A DNA stretch of 64,000 nt from Hyalangium minutum (lineage in GTDB: Bacteria > Myxococcota > Myxococcia > Myxococcales > Myxococcaceae): positions 181,119 through 245,118 of the forward strand of contig NZ_JMCB01000028.1 in NCBI RefSeq assembly GCF_000737315.1, written 5' to 3'. Positions 25,903 to 38,183 of the stretch are shown here, piece by piece. Position 1 is the stretch's first letter; every line of letters starts with the position of its first letter. The notes under the pieces were generated by a model, which saw only the letters and a list, made by a program, of their open reading frames with translations, searched no databases and was not told where the DNA came from. The position numbers and the translations under genes are program-made.

Positions 25903-27284
25903 CGAACCTCCATCGTGTCCGGAAGCGCCGCTCCGCCCCGAGAGTCCTGTTTGACCGGACGCTGCTCCGTGGCACCTCCCGAAGTGGAGGGCGCGAGGAT
26001 CCACCACGCCGCCACTCCGAGGACGGCCAACAGGAGCACCCCTCCTGCCGCGGCTATCATCCCGCGATGCTGGCGCCAGCGGCTCCGAGGCGGCGGCGCC
26101 TCCAGGGCCACGGTGTTGTTGCGCTGTGCCTCCAGGGCCGGGGACATGCGGACGGCAGGCATCTCCGGCAGCGAAGTGGGGCCCAGCTCCGCCATCACGG
26201 GCGCAGCCACCGTGCCGGCCAGAGACAGCGTCTCGGTGACCGTCTTCCCCTGCGTCCCCTCCATGGAGCGGTTCAGCGTCAGCGGCCGGACAGGCTCGGT
26301 GGCCACGCTGTTGGAGGTGGAGCTCATCGCCACCAGCGTGCGCGAGGCGCGCTCCAGCGTCCCGACCACCGAGGAGCATACCCCGGTCACCAGCGCGCCC
26401 AGCACCTCGGGGCGCTCCTCGGCGGAGGGCGGGGGCAGCGCCTCGCGGAAGGCGCGCATGGAAGGGAAGCGCTCCTTACGCTCCTTCGCCGTGGCTCGGG
26501 AGATGGCATCCACCAGGGCGCGCGGCAGGTCCGGCCGCAGCGTGTCCAGGAACGGCAGCGGATCGTGCTGCAGCGCCTTGAGTGTCTCTGGAGGGTTGGC
26601 ACGCGCGAACGCCGAGCGGCCCGTGGCCAGATAGAACAGGGTGAGCCCCGCCGCGAACTGATCCACCCGCCAGTCCAGCCGCTGGAAGCGCAGCTGCTCC
26701 GGCGACAGGTAGTCCATCTTCCCGCGCACCACGCCCGGCCGCGTCTGCACCGCCGTCGCCTGCACCTTGGCGATGCCGAAGTCGGAGAGCTTCACCTCGC
26801 CATTCACGGACACCAGGATGTTGTGCGGCGTCACGTCCCGGTGGATGAGCCCCAGCGGCTTGCCGCGCGGACCGGTGAGGGTATGCGCATAGTGCAGCGC
26901 GTCCAGCAGCCCCCGGGCGATGTGGAGGATGAGCGGCGCGCTCAGCGTGCGCTTCTGCTGGGCCAGCAACTGCACCAGCCTCACCAGCGACACGCCATGC
27001 ACCAGCTCCATGGCGAGGAAGTAGCGCCCCTTCTCCTGACCCAGGTCGAGGATCTGGACGATGTTGGGGTGGTTCATCCGCGCGCACAGGCGCGCCTCGT
27101 CCAGGAACATCTTCACCACCGACGGCTCCTCGACGAGGTGCGGCAGCAGCAGCTTGAGGGCCAGCGGCTTCTCCAGGCCGTCCGGGCCGCGCTGCACCGC
27201 GACAAACACCTCCCCCATCCCCCCGGTGGCGAGCTTCTCGCCCAGGAGGTACCGCCCCAGAGAAGTGCCCGTCTCGTTCTTCAT
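25899..27284 (-). CDS. Hanks-type Ser/Thr protein kinase with C-terminal TM
   Basis: LATGGMGEV, ALK, IHRDVTPHN, DFG, GKMDYLSPE, DQFAAG; TM IAAAGGVLLLAVLGVAAWWIL. Confidence 0.93.
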   Translation of the reverse strand: MKNETGTSLGRYLLGEKLATGGMGEVFVAVQRGPDGLEKPLALKLLLPHLVEEPSVVKMFLDEARLCARMNHPNIVQILDLGQEKGRYFLAMELVHGVSLVRLVQLLAQQKRTLSAPLILHIARGLLDALHYAHTLTGPRGKPLGLIHRDVTPHNILVSVNGEVKLSDFGIAKVQATAVQTRPGVVRGKMDYLSPEQLRFQRLDWRVDQFAAGLTLFYLATGRSAFARANPPETLKALQHDPLPFLDTLRPDLPRALVDAISRATAKERKERFPSMRAFREALPPPSAEERPEVLGALVTGVCSSVVGTLERASRTLVAMSSTSNSVATEPVRPLTLNRSMEGTQGKTVTETLSLAGTVAAPVMAELGPTSLPEMPAVRMSPALEAQRNNTVALEAPPPRSRWRQHRGMIAAAGGVLLLAVLGVAAWWILAPSTSGGATEQRPVKQDSRGGAALPDTMEVR

Positions 27285-27441
27285 CGCGGGTGTCGACTGT
27301 ATATCGCGCGTTCTGCCCCCCTACACCTGTCCTGGGTCGGGGACACCTTCCTGTTTCCGGGGGGTTACGGCGCTCCCGCGGGCCCGCTCCGTGTTTTCAT
27401 CGCCCCAGGGGCGCCGAAATCGGGTAGAGCCCGGCCCCGCA

Positions 27442-28161
27442 ATGCTCGTCTCGCTCGTCATCCCCGTCTACAACGAGGTCTCCACCCTGGCGGAGCTGCT
27501 GCGCCGCTGCATCGCGGTAGACTTCCCCAAGGAGCTGGTCATCGTGGACGACTGCTCCCGCGATGGGAGCCGCGAGTTCCTCGAGCAGCTGGCCAGCCAG
27601 GGCCTGGAGGTGCTCAACGGCACCCCGAAGAACCGCAACGAAGTGCGCGTGCTCTTCCAGGAGAAGAACCAGGGCAAGGGCGCGGCGCTGCGGCGCGGCT
27701 TCTCCGAAGCCACCGGGGACATCATCCTCGTGCAGGACGCGGACCTGGAGTACGACCCGCGCGACATCCCCCGCGTCATCCAGCCCATCCTCGATGGCGA
27801 GGCGGACGTCGTCTACGGCAGCCGCTTCACCGGCACGCCCCGCCGGGTGCTCTACTTCTGGCACACGGTGATGAACAACGTGCTCACCACGCTCTCCAAT
27901 ATGACGAGCGGGCTGAACCTCACGGACATGGAGACCTGCTACAAGGCCTTCCGCGCCGAAGTGCTGCGCTCCGTCACCGTGGACGAGGACCGGTTCGGCT
28001 TCGAGCCGGAGATCACCTCCAAGGTGGCCCGGGGCAACTGGCGCGTCTACGAGGTGCCCATCAGCTACCACGGGCGCACCTATGAAGAGGGGAAGAAGAT
28101 CGGCTGGAAGGATGGCGTCCGGGCCCTCTACGTCATCGCCAAGTACACACTGAAGCGCTAA
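27442..28161 (+). CDS. GT2 glycosyltransferase (polyprenol-phosphate sugar transferase-like)
   Basis: VIPVYNE, VDDCSRDGS, NQGKGAA, QDADLEYDP, DMETCYK. Confidence 0.9.
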   Translation: MLVSLVIPVYNEVSTLAELLRRCIAVDFPKELVIVDDCSRDGSREFLEQLASQGLEVLNGTPKNRNEVRVLFQEKNQGKGAALRRGFSEATGDIILVQDADLEYDPRDIPRVIQPILDGEADVVYGSRFTGTPRRVLYFWHTVMNNVLTTLSNMTSGLNLTDMETCYKAFRAEVLRSVTVDEDRFGFEPEITSKVARGNWRVYEVPISYHGRTYEEGKKIGWKDGVRALYVIAKYTLKR

Positions 28162-28264
28162 CCGCCCGACTTCGGGGCAGGCGCCTGTTCCCCGGCGGAC
28201 AGGCAGCGCCCTTGGACCTGGGGACAGGACTGCCTGCCGGGCGGGTGATTCTTAGCTTCTGAGC

Positions 28265-28867
28265 GTGCTACCGAGATTCCTTCTCTACGGCTGTGCGGGC
28301 TGGGTGCTCGAGGTGTGCTTCACGGGGACGAGCGCGGCGATCTTCCAGAAGGACTCGCACGGTACGGCAAAGACGTACCTGTGGATGCACCCCATCTATG
28401 GGGCCACGGCCCTGGGGCTCGAGTTCCTGCATGACCGGCTGCGCTTCCTGCCCCGGCCCCTGCGGGCGCTTGCCTACACGGCTGTCATCTTCGGGGCCGA
28501 GTACGCCACCGGCTGGATGCTGCGCCGGGCGCTTGGCCGCTGTCCTTGGGACTACACAAAGTACGGGTGGAACGTGAAGGGGCTCGTCCGCTTGGACTAC
28601 TTCCCGTTCTGGTACGGGGCGGCCCTGGCCTTCGAGCCTGCGCGTGAGGCGTTCCTGCGGGTCACCAGCGAGGCCCTGCGGCAAACGCCCGAGTTCCGGC
28701 ACGCCGTGGAGGACGGTGACGTCCTCCCTCCCGCCCACGAGCGGCGGGTGGAGGTGGAGGCGGGCGCCGTGGGAACCACCTTCCAGGGGGCCCTGGCAGC
28801 CGACAAGGCCGAGGAGCCCGAGGAGCTCACCCTGGGGGCGGAGGCCCTGCCATCGCCGGTAGGCTGA
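28265..28867 (+). CDS. Membrane protein, CmpB/TMEM229-like (putative ABC permease family)
   Basis: FLLYGCAGWVLEV, PIYG, EYATGW..CPWDY pattern. Confidence 0.65.
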   Translation: MLPRFLLYGCAGWVLEVCFTGTSAAIFQKDSHGTAKTYLWMHPIYGATALGLEFLHDRLRFLPRPLRALAYTAVIFGAEYATGWMLRRALGRCPWDYTKYGWNVKGLVRLDYFPFWYGAALAFEPAREAFLRVTSEALRQTPEFRHAVEDGDVLPPAHERRVEVEAGAVGTTFQGALAADKAEEPEELTLGAEALPSPVG

Positions 28868-28978
28868 AAAGCTCTGCCCTGGCTGACTGCTCGCCAGTCC
28901 ACGCCTTTTCAGAAGACGTGGCTTTTCTTCCCGCACCGCTCAACGCGTAGTAGTACCTTCGCTGGTAGCGGCATTTGA

Positions 28979-30061
<1,083 letters not shown>

Positions 30062-30067
30062 GTTCCC

Positions 30068-32350
30068 CTACCGCCAGGTCGCGGGCCAGGGCCGGGGGAT
30101 GCGCGCCCCGGTCCGCTCCGGTGCGGGCGTGGGCGGAGGTCCCTCCGGAGGCGGCAGCCCGCTGCCTCGGATGTGCCAGATGATGAGCGGAGCATGGTGC
30201 CTGGGCGGATGCTCCCGGAACTCGTACTTCGGATCCCGCCACATCGTGGGCTCCGGGTCCTTGATGCCGAACGCCTGACGCGCCATGCCGCCGAGGCCAT
30301 CGGCCCAGCGCGCATAGGATTGATCCACCAGCCGGTTCTGTTCGAAGGCCCGGGCGTGGATCAGGTACGCGGCGGCCTGGAGCCCTGGAGGCAGCAGGAA
30401 GAACTCGGGCCGCACCGCTCCCGAGCTCACATAGGCCAGCAGGGGCGCGCGGGCAGCCAGGAGCGTCAGGCTGGTACCGAAGACGCGGCTTGCGGCCTCC
30501 TTCTCGCCTCGGCGTGAGAGCTCCAGAGCCAGCAGGGTGGCAGTCTCCGGGTCCAGGCGGCGCAGCACGGTGTCCTCGGTTTGAGGAGCCCGCTTCACCG
30601 CGGACTCGAAGTCCTTGATGACGGCGCGGGTGAGCGTCAGGGCCTCGCGGGCCACGGGATCGGCTACGCCGTTCAGCTCCTTGTCCGAGACGCTGCTGTC
30701 GCCCGTGAGGAGCGCAAAAGCCACGAGGTGCTCGGGCGAGTTCGCGAAGGCGGGAGGAATCAGGTCTCTCGCGACGTACTGCGTGCGGCCGGGCCCCGCA
30801 ATGCGGGCGAGCCGGCCCGCGAGCACCGCCAGCTCCCACGAAGCGTGGCGTGGCTCGTTGTGAAATTTCTTCACGGCCACGGAGGCGGCACGGACCTCAT
30901 CCGCGGCAATCAAGACCCGCACGCGCAGCTCCAGGTCCTCCAGGGACTCGGGGGCCTTGGCCAAGGCCGCTTCGAGCAGCTTGAGCGCCTCGCTGGGATA
31001 GCCGTCCGCGAGGTGAATCCGGGCGAGGGCGCGCATCGCCTCGGGAGCCTCGGGGAAGCGCTCCAGCACGCGGGCGTAGGCGTCGCGCACTTGCTCCGGC
31101 GGCGCGGCGCGGGCCGCCAGGAGCGCCTTGCCCACGGAGTCCGGATCAGCCTTGGCCAGCGGCTCGTAGAGCTTGAACGCCACGGAGCGCTCGTCCAGGG
31201 CGATGAGCACGTCCTGCGCGAGCTGGCCGACAGCGAGATCCTCCGGGAAGGCCTGGGGCAGCTCACGGGCGAACCAGAGCGCCTCCCGCGCCTGGTCCTG
31301 CACCAGAATGCGGGCGGCCTCCCGGCCCGCCTCGATTTGCGAGGGATCGGCCAGGAAGACGGCCTTGGCCAGCGCGGCGGCGGTGGACGGATGTCCCCAG
31401 TTGAGCTCGTCGCGAACCCGCGTCTCCCAGCCCCCCTTCAGGGCCAGCCCTGCGTCGGACGGGAGGCTGTAGACGCGATCCGGCAGCGAGGCCTGAGTCG
31501 AGGGCTCTGGCTGGCGATTCCAGCTCAGCGAGGCCGCTCCCAGGACGTTGTAGATCGTCCGCTGGTTCGACTCGACCTCGAGCGTCTCGAAGGGCCTGGC
31601 CGCGCCCGGCCACCGCGCCGTCACGAGGTACGGCTCCCCCAAGCCATACGTCTGATGCTGGAAGATCTGCCCGGGCTCGACCGTGAGGTGCTCTCCATCC
31701 AGGCTCACCTCGATGGGCCGGGAGAAGCCATTGGTGATGTGCACCTCGCGCACGGCAAAGGGCGCCAGGGCGGCGCCGGCCGAAGCCAGCATCAGTGCGC
31801 CCAGGGCGAGGTAGCTGACCCGCCGCGTAGCGAGAGAGGACGAACCGACGGCCACGCGCCCCAGCACCTGGAGCTGCCCATCCCGCCCCCGCTGCAGGAG
31901 GTGCTCTCCGAGCGGCCAGAGCGGCACACCGAGGAGACGGATGGCGCGCGTGGCGATGAACTGCGTCTGCTGTGCCTCCGGCGCGGGCAACCCGACCCAC
32001 TGAATGCCGGTGCCCAGGAAGCCGGCGATGTGGGGAGGGCTCTCAGCCACCGTGAAGAGGCTGCGGTTGCCGAGGATCTCCTGGAGGGTGCCACGAAGAG
32101 GGCCTGAAGGCTCACGGGCGAGGCGGGCTGAGAGCGCACCGTGCACGGCCAGAGCGTCGCCTCGGGCCAGGGCCTGTGCGAGCGCGTCATCCGGCAGGAG
32201 CGAGACGAGGACGGGAGCGCGTTCCGTGAAGCCGCTCGGATCCGACTCGGGTGGTAGGACAGTGAGGGGAGCCTGCTCTGGCAGAGAGGCGAACGCCTGC
32301 GCCTGCTCCGCGGATCCGGGGGAAACCGGCTGGGTGGACTCCTTCAACAT
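30068..32350 (-). CDS. Membrane-anchored TPR-repeat protein
   Basis: TM at ~aa 180-200, beta-rich PEGA-like segment, Ala/Leu-rich TPR-like helical repeats. Confidence 0.65.
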   Translation of the reverse strand: MLKESTQPVSPGSAEQAQAFASLPEQAPLTVLPPESDPSGFTERAPVLVSLLPDDALAQALARGDALAVHGALSARLAREPSGPLRGTLQEILGNRSLFTVAESPPHIAGFLGTGIQWVGLPAPEAQQTQFIATRAIRLLGVPLWPLGEHLLQRGRDGQLQVLGRVAVGSSSLATRRVSYLALGALMLASAGAALAPFAVREVHITNGFSRPIEVSLDGEHLTVEPGQIFQHQTYGLGEPYLVTARWPGAARPFETLEVESNQRTIYNVLGAASLSWNRQPEPSTQASLPDRVYSLPSDAGLALKGGWETRVRDELNWGHPSTAAALAKAVFLADPSQIEAGREAARILVQDQAREALWFARELPQAFPEDLAVGQLAQDVLIALDERSVAFKLYEPLAKADPDSVGKALLAARAAPPEQVRDAYARVLERFPEAPEAMRALARIHLADGYPSEALKLLEAALAKAPESLEDLELRVRVLIAADEVRAASVAVKKFHNEPRHASWELAVLAGRLARIAGPGRTQYVARDLIPPAFANSPEHLVAFALLTGDSSVSDKELNGVADPVAREALTLTRAVIKDFESAVKRAPQTEDTVLRRLDPETATLLALELSRRGEKEAASRVFGTSLTLLAARAPLLAYVSSGAVRPEFFLLPPGLQAAAYLIHARAFEQNRLVDQSYARWADGLGGMARQAFGIKDPEPTMWRDPKYEFREHPPRHHAPLIIWHIRGSGLPPPEGPPPTPAPERTGARIPRPWPATWR

Positions 32351-32418
32351 GGCGCCATTGAACACGGAAGAGGAGGGAGGCGCGCAAGGGGGGGGGATGT
32401 GCGAAGCTCGGGCTCGAG

Positions 32419-32949
32419 ATGACGCGTCGAGGCAGAGAGCGAGCAGGAAGCGCCGCGCGCGCGCGGACCGCGAGCAAGCGCGTGGCGGAGAATCCTTTCT
32501 CCGAGGCCACTCGCCTGATGGCGCGAGGCCGCATCAAAGCGGCCTTCCACCGCTTCTTCGAGGCGGCGAAAGCGGGAGACTCCCGGGCACAGCTGAACGT
32601 GGGCTACCTCTACGACACGGGCCATGGAGTGGCGCGGTCCCGCACCAGTGCTCTGGCGTGGTACCGGAAGGCGGTGCGTGGAGGCGAGGCGGCGGCGGCG
32701 AACAACATCGGCACCGTCTACCGGGACGAGGGCCGGCTGCGGCTGGCGGTCCGGTGGTTCGAGAAGTCCGCCGCGATGGGAGACAAGGACGCGCTGCTCG
32801 AGGTGGCCCGGCTCTATGCGGGACCGCTGGAGGAGCCCGTGCAGGCCCGGAAGGTGCTCGCGCGGGTCCGCGACTCCAAGCGCGCGAGCGCGGGCAGCCG
32901 CAAAGAGGCAGCACAGTTGTTGCGCAAGCTCGAGCAGCGCCAGCGCTGA
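32419..32949 (+). CDS. Sel1-repeat protein
   Basis: AQLNVGYLYDTGHGV, AANNIGTVY, WFEKSAAMGD; start uncertain. Confidence 0.85.
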   Translation: MTRRGRERAGSAARARTASKRVAENPFSEATRLMARGRIKAAFHRFFEAAKAGDSRAQLNVGYLYDTGHGVARSRTSALAWYRKAVRGGEAAAANNIGTVYRDEGRLRLAVRWFEKSAAMGDKDALLEVARLYAGPLEEPVQARKVLARVRDSKRASAGSRKEAAQLLRKLEQRQR

Positions 32950-32974
32950 CGCCGGCCTCTGCCCCCCTCACAGA

Positions 32975-33025
32975 CCTGTTCGGAAAGGTCGGGACTTTTC
33001 AAAACCCCCGACCTTTTCGAACAGG
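32975..33025. repeat. REP-like palindromic element, copy 1
   Basis: CCTGTTCGGAAAGGTCGGG-acttttcaaaacc-CCCGACCTTTTCGAACAGG; near-identical copy at 55283. Confidence 0.8.
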
Positions 33026-33050
33026 CGTCACCGGTCCCTCGCGCAGGGCA

Positions 33051-33896
33051 TCAGTGCTTGCCGAACTCCAGCTTGGCGCCCTTGCGCTTGGCGTAGATGA
33101 ACGCCTCCATGGCCTTCATCTTCGGGTCATCGTCCGCCAGCGGCTTGCCGCGCACCGGGTTCTCGATGCACCAGTTGATCATGTCTCGCAGCAGCGCCAC
33201 GCGCCCCAGCTGGACCTGATACTTCGGGTACGTCTCCGGGTGCGTGTTTGCCGCGTCCGGATGGCACATGTCGCACGACACCGCGATGGTGCCGCCCAGC
33301 GCTTCCGCGTCGTGGAAGATGCGGTTGCCCTCCTCCACGAACGCTTGGGTGGACGCGGCCCAGATGCGCTCATCGCGCTCGCTGAACGCGCCGTACGTGT
33401 GGCCCGTCTGCAGGCTGACGCCCTTCTGCGCGGCGACATCCGAGGCCCCCGAGGCTGCCGTCGCTCCCTCTGTCTTCGTCGAGCCGCCCGCCGCAGGCTT
33501 CTGCGGCGTGGGCGGCAGCGCCGGTGGGCTGCGAGGCCCCTGTGGCTTGGGGCTCGGCGGAGGCTGGGGCGCCTGCGCGATGGCCGAGCCGGGCAGTGGC
33601 ACGTCGTCCCAGTTCGCGCTCGGGTTCTTGCGGCGCCACTCTTCCATCAGCGCGCCCGTCACCTGCAGCGCCTGTTCGCGTGACATCCGCTCGCCCTCTT
33701 TCACGCCCTTCACCTCCAGGGAGGTCTCGCCATCACACATGCCGACGACGAGGTTGCCCTCCTTCGAGGTGGGGACTTTGTGCTGAGGCAAGGGCTCGGC
33801 CTTCAAGGTGGAGCCGGGGGGAGTGGCCAGCGCGGTGCCCCCGGCGATGGACAGCAGCGCGGTGAGACCTGTGAGGAGCTTCGTTCGCAGCGTCAT
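33051..33896 (-). CDS. Exported monoheme cytochrome c with TsdA/SoxA-like heme domain
   Basis: Sec signal; CDMCH; LRDMINWCIENPVRGKPL..KMKAMEAF resembles the TsdA RINxC..GxPL..EMxA segment. Confidence 0.75.
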   Translation of the reverse strand: MTLRTKLLTGLTALLSIAGGTALATPPGSTLKAEPLPQHKVPTSKEGNLVVGMCDGETSLEVKGVKEGERMSREQALQVTGALMEEWRRKNPSANWDDVPLPGSAIAQAPQPPPSPKPQGPRSPPALPPTPQKPAAGGSTKTEGATAASGASDVAAQKGVSLQTGHTYGAFSERDERIWAASTQAFVEEGNRIFHDAEALGGTIAVSCDMCHPDAANTHPETYPKYQVQLGRVALLRDMINWCIENPVRGKPLADDDPKMKAMEAFIYAKRKGAKLEFGKH

Positions 33897-33908
33897 GTCG
33901 GCGCCTCG

Positions 33909-35033
33909 CTAGTAGCTGGGGAGCTTGGTACGGGGGGGCGCATCCTTCTGCCCGTTGGACGCGAGGTAGCTCGCGCGCACGGTGATGGGGTTGCGCTCCC
34001 ACAGGTTGTAGAGTGCGTTGACGAGCCCGGCCTCGAGCACGTCCACACGCCCATCGCCGCAGCCGTCGAACTGGCTGAACGGATCCGGACGATTCATCTG
34101 GGTCGTGAGGCTGGGCAGCCCCTCGGGCGCGTACGGCCAGGGCCACGCGGTGGACAGCATCCCATGGAAGTAGATGTTGCCGATGCGGTTGGTGAGCAAC
34201 TGGTGCGTGTGGCCGTGGATGACCGTCACCTTGTCGAACGGCTTGAGGAGGGCCTGCACCTCGTCCGCGTCGTCCGTCCAGAAGTTCCACGGCCGGTAGT
34301 ACTTGTAGAGCGGCGAGTGGCTGAAGACGATGACCGGCGTCTTCTTGTCCACCTTGGCCAGGTCCTTCTGGAGCCACGCGCGCTGCTCGGCGCCGACCTC
34401 GAAGCGGGACTGGATGCCATTGTCCAGGCCGGCGACGATCTTCATGCGCTCCATGGGCGTGAGTCCCCGCTCCGTCCAGAAGTCCTTCTCCAGGATGGAG
34501 TTGAGCACCACGAAGTGGACGCCCTTGTGATCGAACGCGTACGTGGGAGCGCCGAACAGCTCGCGCCACTGCTCGCCCATGTCGAGGAACCAGTCGTGCT
34601 CCCCGACCATCATCTTCACCGGCGCCTTGACCGACTTGAGGATCTGCGCCCCCAGCTTCAGCTCCACCGCCTGCCCAAGCTGCGCCAGGTCACCACCGAA
34701 CAGCACGAAGTCCGGCTGCGGGTTGAGCGCGTTCACGTCATCCACGGCCTTGAGGATGGAGCGAACGAACCGGTCATTGAGCTTCTGGTCGTACAGGTGC
34801 GTGTCGGAGATATAGGCGAAGGTGAACTTCGGCTGCTCCGGGTTGCCCTGGGCCTCGGCCACCTGGATGAGCTGATAGCTCACCGGCGGCAGCAGCCCCA
34901 TGCCCGCGGCGATGCCCGCGGACATGCTCGCCACCCGCAGGAAGGCGCGGCGGTCCAGGCGCTTGAGCCCGTCGAAGAACTCCTGGCGCTCCTCGTAGTA
35001 CTTCGTCTCGACGCTCTTGAACTTGTTGGACAT
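33909..35033 (-). CDS. Tat-exported calcineurin-like metallophosphoesterase
   Basis: Twin-Arg DRRAFLR; SDTH, GGDLA, VGEHD, FSH, HGHTH motifs. Confidence 0.85.
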   Translation of the reverse strand: MSNKFKSVETKYYEERQEFFDGLKRLDRRAFLRVASMSAGIAAGMGLLPPVSYQLIQVAEAQGNPEQPKFTFAYISDTHLYDQKLNDRFVRSILKAVDDVNALNPQPDFVLFGGDLAQLGQAVELKLGAQILKSVKAPVKMMVGEHDWFLDMGEQWRELFGAPTYAFDHKGVHFVVLNSILEKDFWTERGLTPMERMKIVAGLDNGIQSRFEVGAEQRAWLQKDLAKVDKKTPVIVFSHSPLYKYYRPWNFWTDDADEVQALLKPFDKVTVIHGHTHQLLTNRIGNIYFHGMLSTAWPWPYAPEGLPSLTTQMNRPDPFSQFDGCGDGRVDVLEAGLVNALYNLWERNPITVRASYLASNGQKDAPPRTKLPSY

Positions 35034-35035
35034 GG

Positions 35036-36352
<1,317 letters not shown>

Positions 36353-36567
36353 AGGCACTTCTCCCCTCCGGCCTCGGGAGCCGCTCACGGCGAAGGCCAT
36401 GGCGCCCCGTGCCCTGAACAGCGCGCAGGCAACCACCCGCCCGAATGACTTGCCATGGATCACCCGGGCCCCTGTTCACTCCGCATCAAGTCCCCCGTTC
36501 ACAAAAGAGCGGTGTGTCCGGAACGGGCCCCTGTGTTCCCCAAGAGAGAAGGAATGAGGAGGAAGCG

Positions 36568-36789
36568 ATGATTGATCCGGGCGAGCTCCACGAAGGGATG
36601 ACGGTTCGAGACGCGCAAGGCCACAAGCTCGGCACAGTGGCCAACCTGGGCGCCACACACCTGGAGCTCGAGCAGGGCTGGCCAGCCCGGCGGGATTACG
36701 CAGTGAGCCTCCACCTCGTCGAGCGCATCGAGGGACAGGACATCATCCTGCACGCACCTTCCGCCGCGCCGCTCCCGCCCGAGGAGTGA
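36568..36789 (+). CDS. Small DUF2171-like (PRC-barrel-like) protein
   Basis: Strong RBS GAGGAGG; LHEGMTVRDAQGHKLGTV...VERIEG. Confidence 0.7.
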   Translation: MIDPGELHEGMTVRDAQGHKLGTVANLGATHLELEQGWPARRDYAVSLHLVERIEGQDIILHAPSAAPLPPEE

Positions 36790-36804
36790 GGCTTTGCTCC
36801 GGAC

Positions 36805-38175
36805 TCAGGTGTGGAACGGCGGAGGATGACGCCACGCCCACGCCAGCAAGCAAGCTGCCGTGGCAGGCGCCAGGATGGCCGCAGCGATGACGGCCCCATC
36901 GAGCAGTCCGCTCGCCCGAGGCATGTTGTAAGCCACGGCCTGCCAGGTTGTCAGACAGGCATCCACGGCGATGACTCCGGCAAGCAACCCCGCGAGCCAT
37001 GAGCGCCAGCGGCGCAGCAGCACGAAGAGCGCGGCGGTGAGCCCCACGTCGAAGATGATCCAGGCCCACTGGATGGCGTGCGAGGGGAAGCGGTGGGTGT
37101 TCGCGGGCAGGGCGAGCAACAGCGTCCAGGGAATGAGCAGGAGCGCCAGCAGGCGGACGAGCAGGTCCGCGCGGCGCATCAGCGTGATGAAGCCGAAGCG
37201 GATGAAGCTTCCCCGAGCGAAGGCACGCAGGGCATCGAACACGGGCCACACGCGGCTGGTGCTGGAAGGCCAGGCCAGGTGGATGGGGTCCCAGGCATGG
37301 GGCCGCAGCTTCGCCTTGAAGGCGCGCAGGCCCTCGAAGTCGAAGAGCGCCGCACCCCAGGTCCTCGCCACGCGCAGCCAGGGCCCCACCTCTCCGGCGA
37401 GCGGCGCCAGCCCGAGCGTCACGTAGCCCCTCCCCTCCTCCACGGCGGCGCGCATGGCCGCGTCCACCATCAGCTCCGTGGAGCCGTTGGGGGCCTGAGG
37501 GTCCCGGATGATGTGCTGGAGCAGCCACCCCTGGCGCGCGAAGACGGGAGCCGCCGAGAGGAAGGACACCACCTCGCCGTTCAGCTCTCCTACGAAGGCG
37601 CGGCGCTCCTCGGCGAAGGCGTACGGGGACATCTGTACCAAAAAGCCCATGGGTGCCATCCGCCGCGAGGAGAGCCAGCGTGACAGCAGCCGATCCACTG
37701 CGCGCCGCGTGGGGTGCTCCGGATGGCTCAGTTCCTCATGGCTGATGCGGCGCACGGTGACGCCCCGGGCCCGCGCACGCCGGAGCTGCTCGCGAAGGCT
37801 GCGGCTGGAGCGCACCGTCTCCTCCCAGCGGAGCGGATCCCATGTCGGCTGCTCGCCGATGGGCATCATCTCCACCGGAACCACCGTGGCGAAGCGCTGC
37901 TCCGTGGCGAAGAAGCAGACGCGCCGGCCCTCGGCCTGGGCCGCTGCCTCGAAGCGCGCAACCACCTCCGCGAGGCGCTCGGGCGAGGCGATGGGCGCGC
38001 CCGCGGCCACCCACGCCCCACCCGTGTCCACGTAGGCGGCACAGGCCTCTCCGTCCGCGTCGAACCAGTAGCGAAAGCCGGGCTCCAGCACCTGGAAGGA
38101 GGTGGCATTCCAGCCGTACCGCTTGAGGAGCTGGAGGACTCGCGCGGTGTCACTCGAGGAGGAGGGCTCGGCCAT
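36805..38175 (-). CDS. DUF2156 / aminoacyl-phosphatidylglycerol synthase-like domain with C-terminal TM segments
   Basis: AAGAPI, VCFF, IGEQP, LLQHIIRDPQAPNGSTELMV, YVTLGLAPL, FEGLRAFKAKLRP. Confidence 0.8.
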   Translation of the reverse strand: MAEPSSSSDTARVLQLLKRYGWNATSFQVLEPGFRYWFDADGEACAAYVDTGGAWVAAGAPIASPERLAEVVARFEAAAQAEGRRVCFFATEQRFATVVPVEMMPIGEQPTWDPLRWEETVRSSRSLREQLRRARARGVTVRRISHEELSHPEHPTRRAVDRLLSRWLSSRRMAPMGFLVQMSPYAFAEERRAFVGELNGEVVSFLSAAPVFARQGWLLQHIIRDPQAPNGSTELMVDAAMRAAVEEGRGYVTLGLAPLAGEVGPWLRVARTWGAALFDFEGLRAFKAKLRPHAWDPIHLAWPSSTSRVWPVFDALRAFARGSFIRFGFITLMRRADLLVRLLALLLIPWTLLLALPANTHRFPSHAIQWAWIIFDVGLTAALFVLLRRWRSWLAGLLAGVIAVDACLTTWQAVAYNMPRASGLLDGAVIAAAILAPATAACLLAWAWRHPPPFHT

Positions 38176-38183
38176 GGCACGGC

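Noticed and set aside
25036-27284. Frameshifted single gene kinase-TM-TIM barrel
   Set aside because: Downstream ORF has its own RBS, GTG start and lipobox with a standard GTGA overlap, so two genes are more likely
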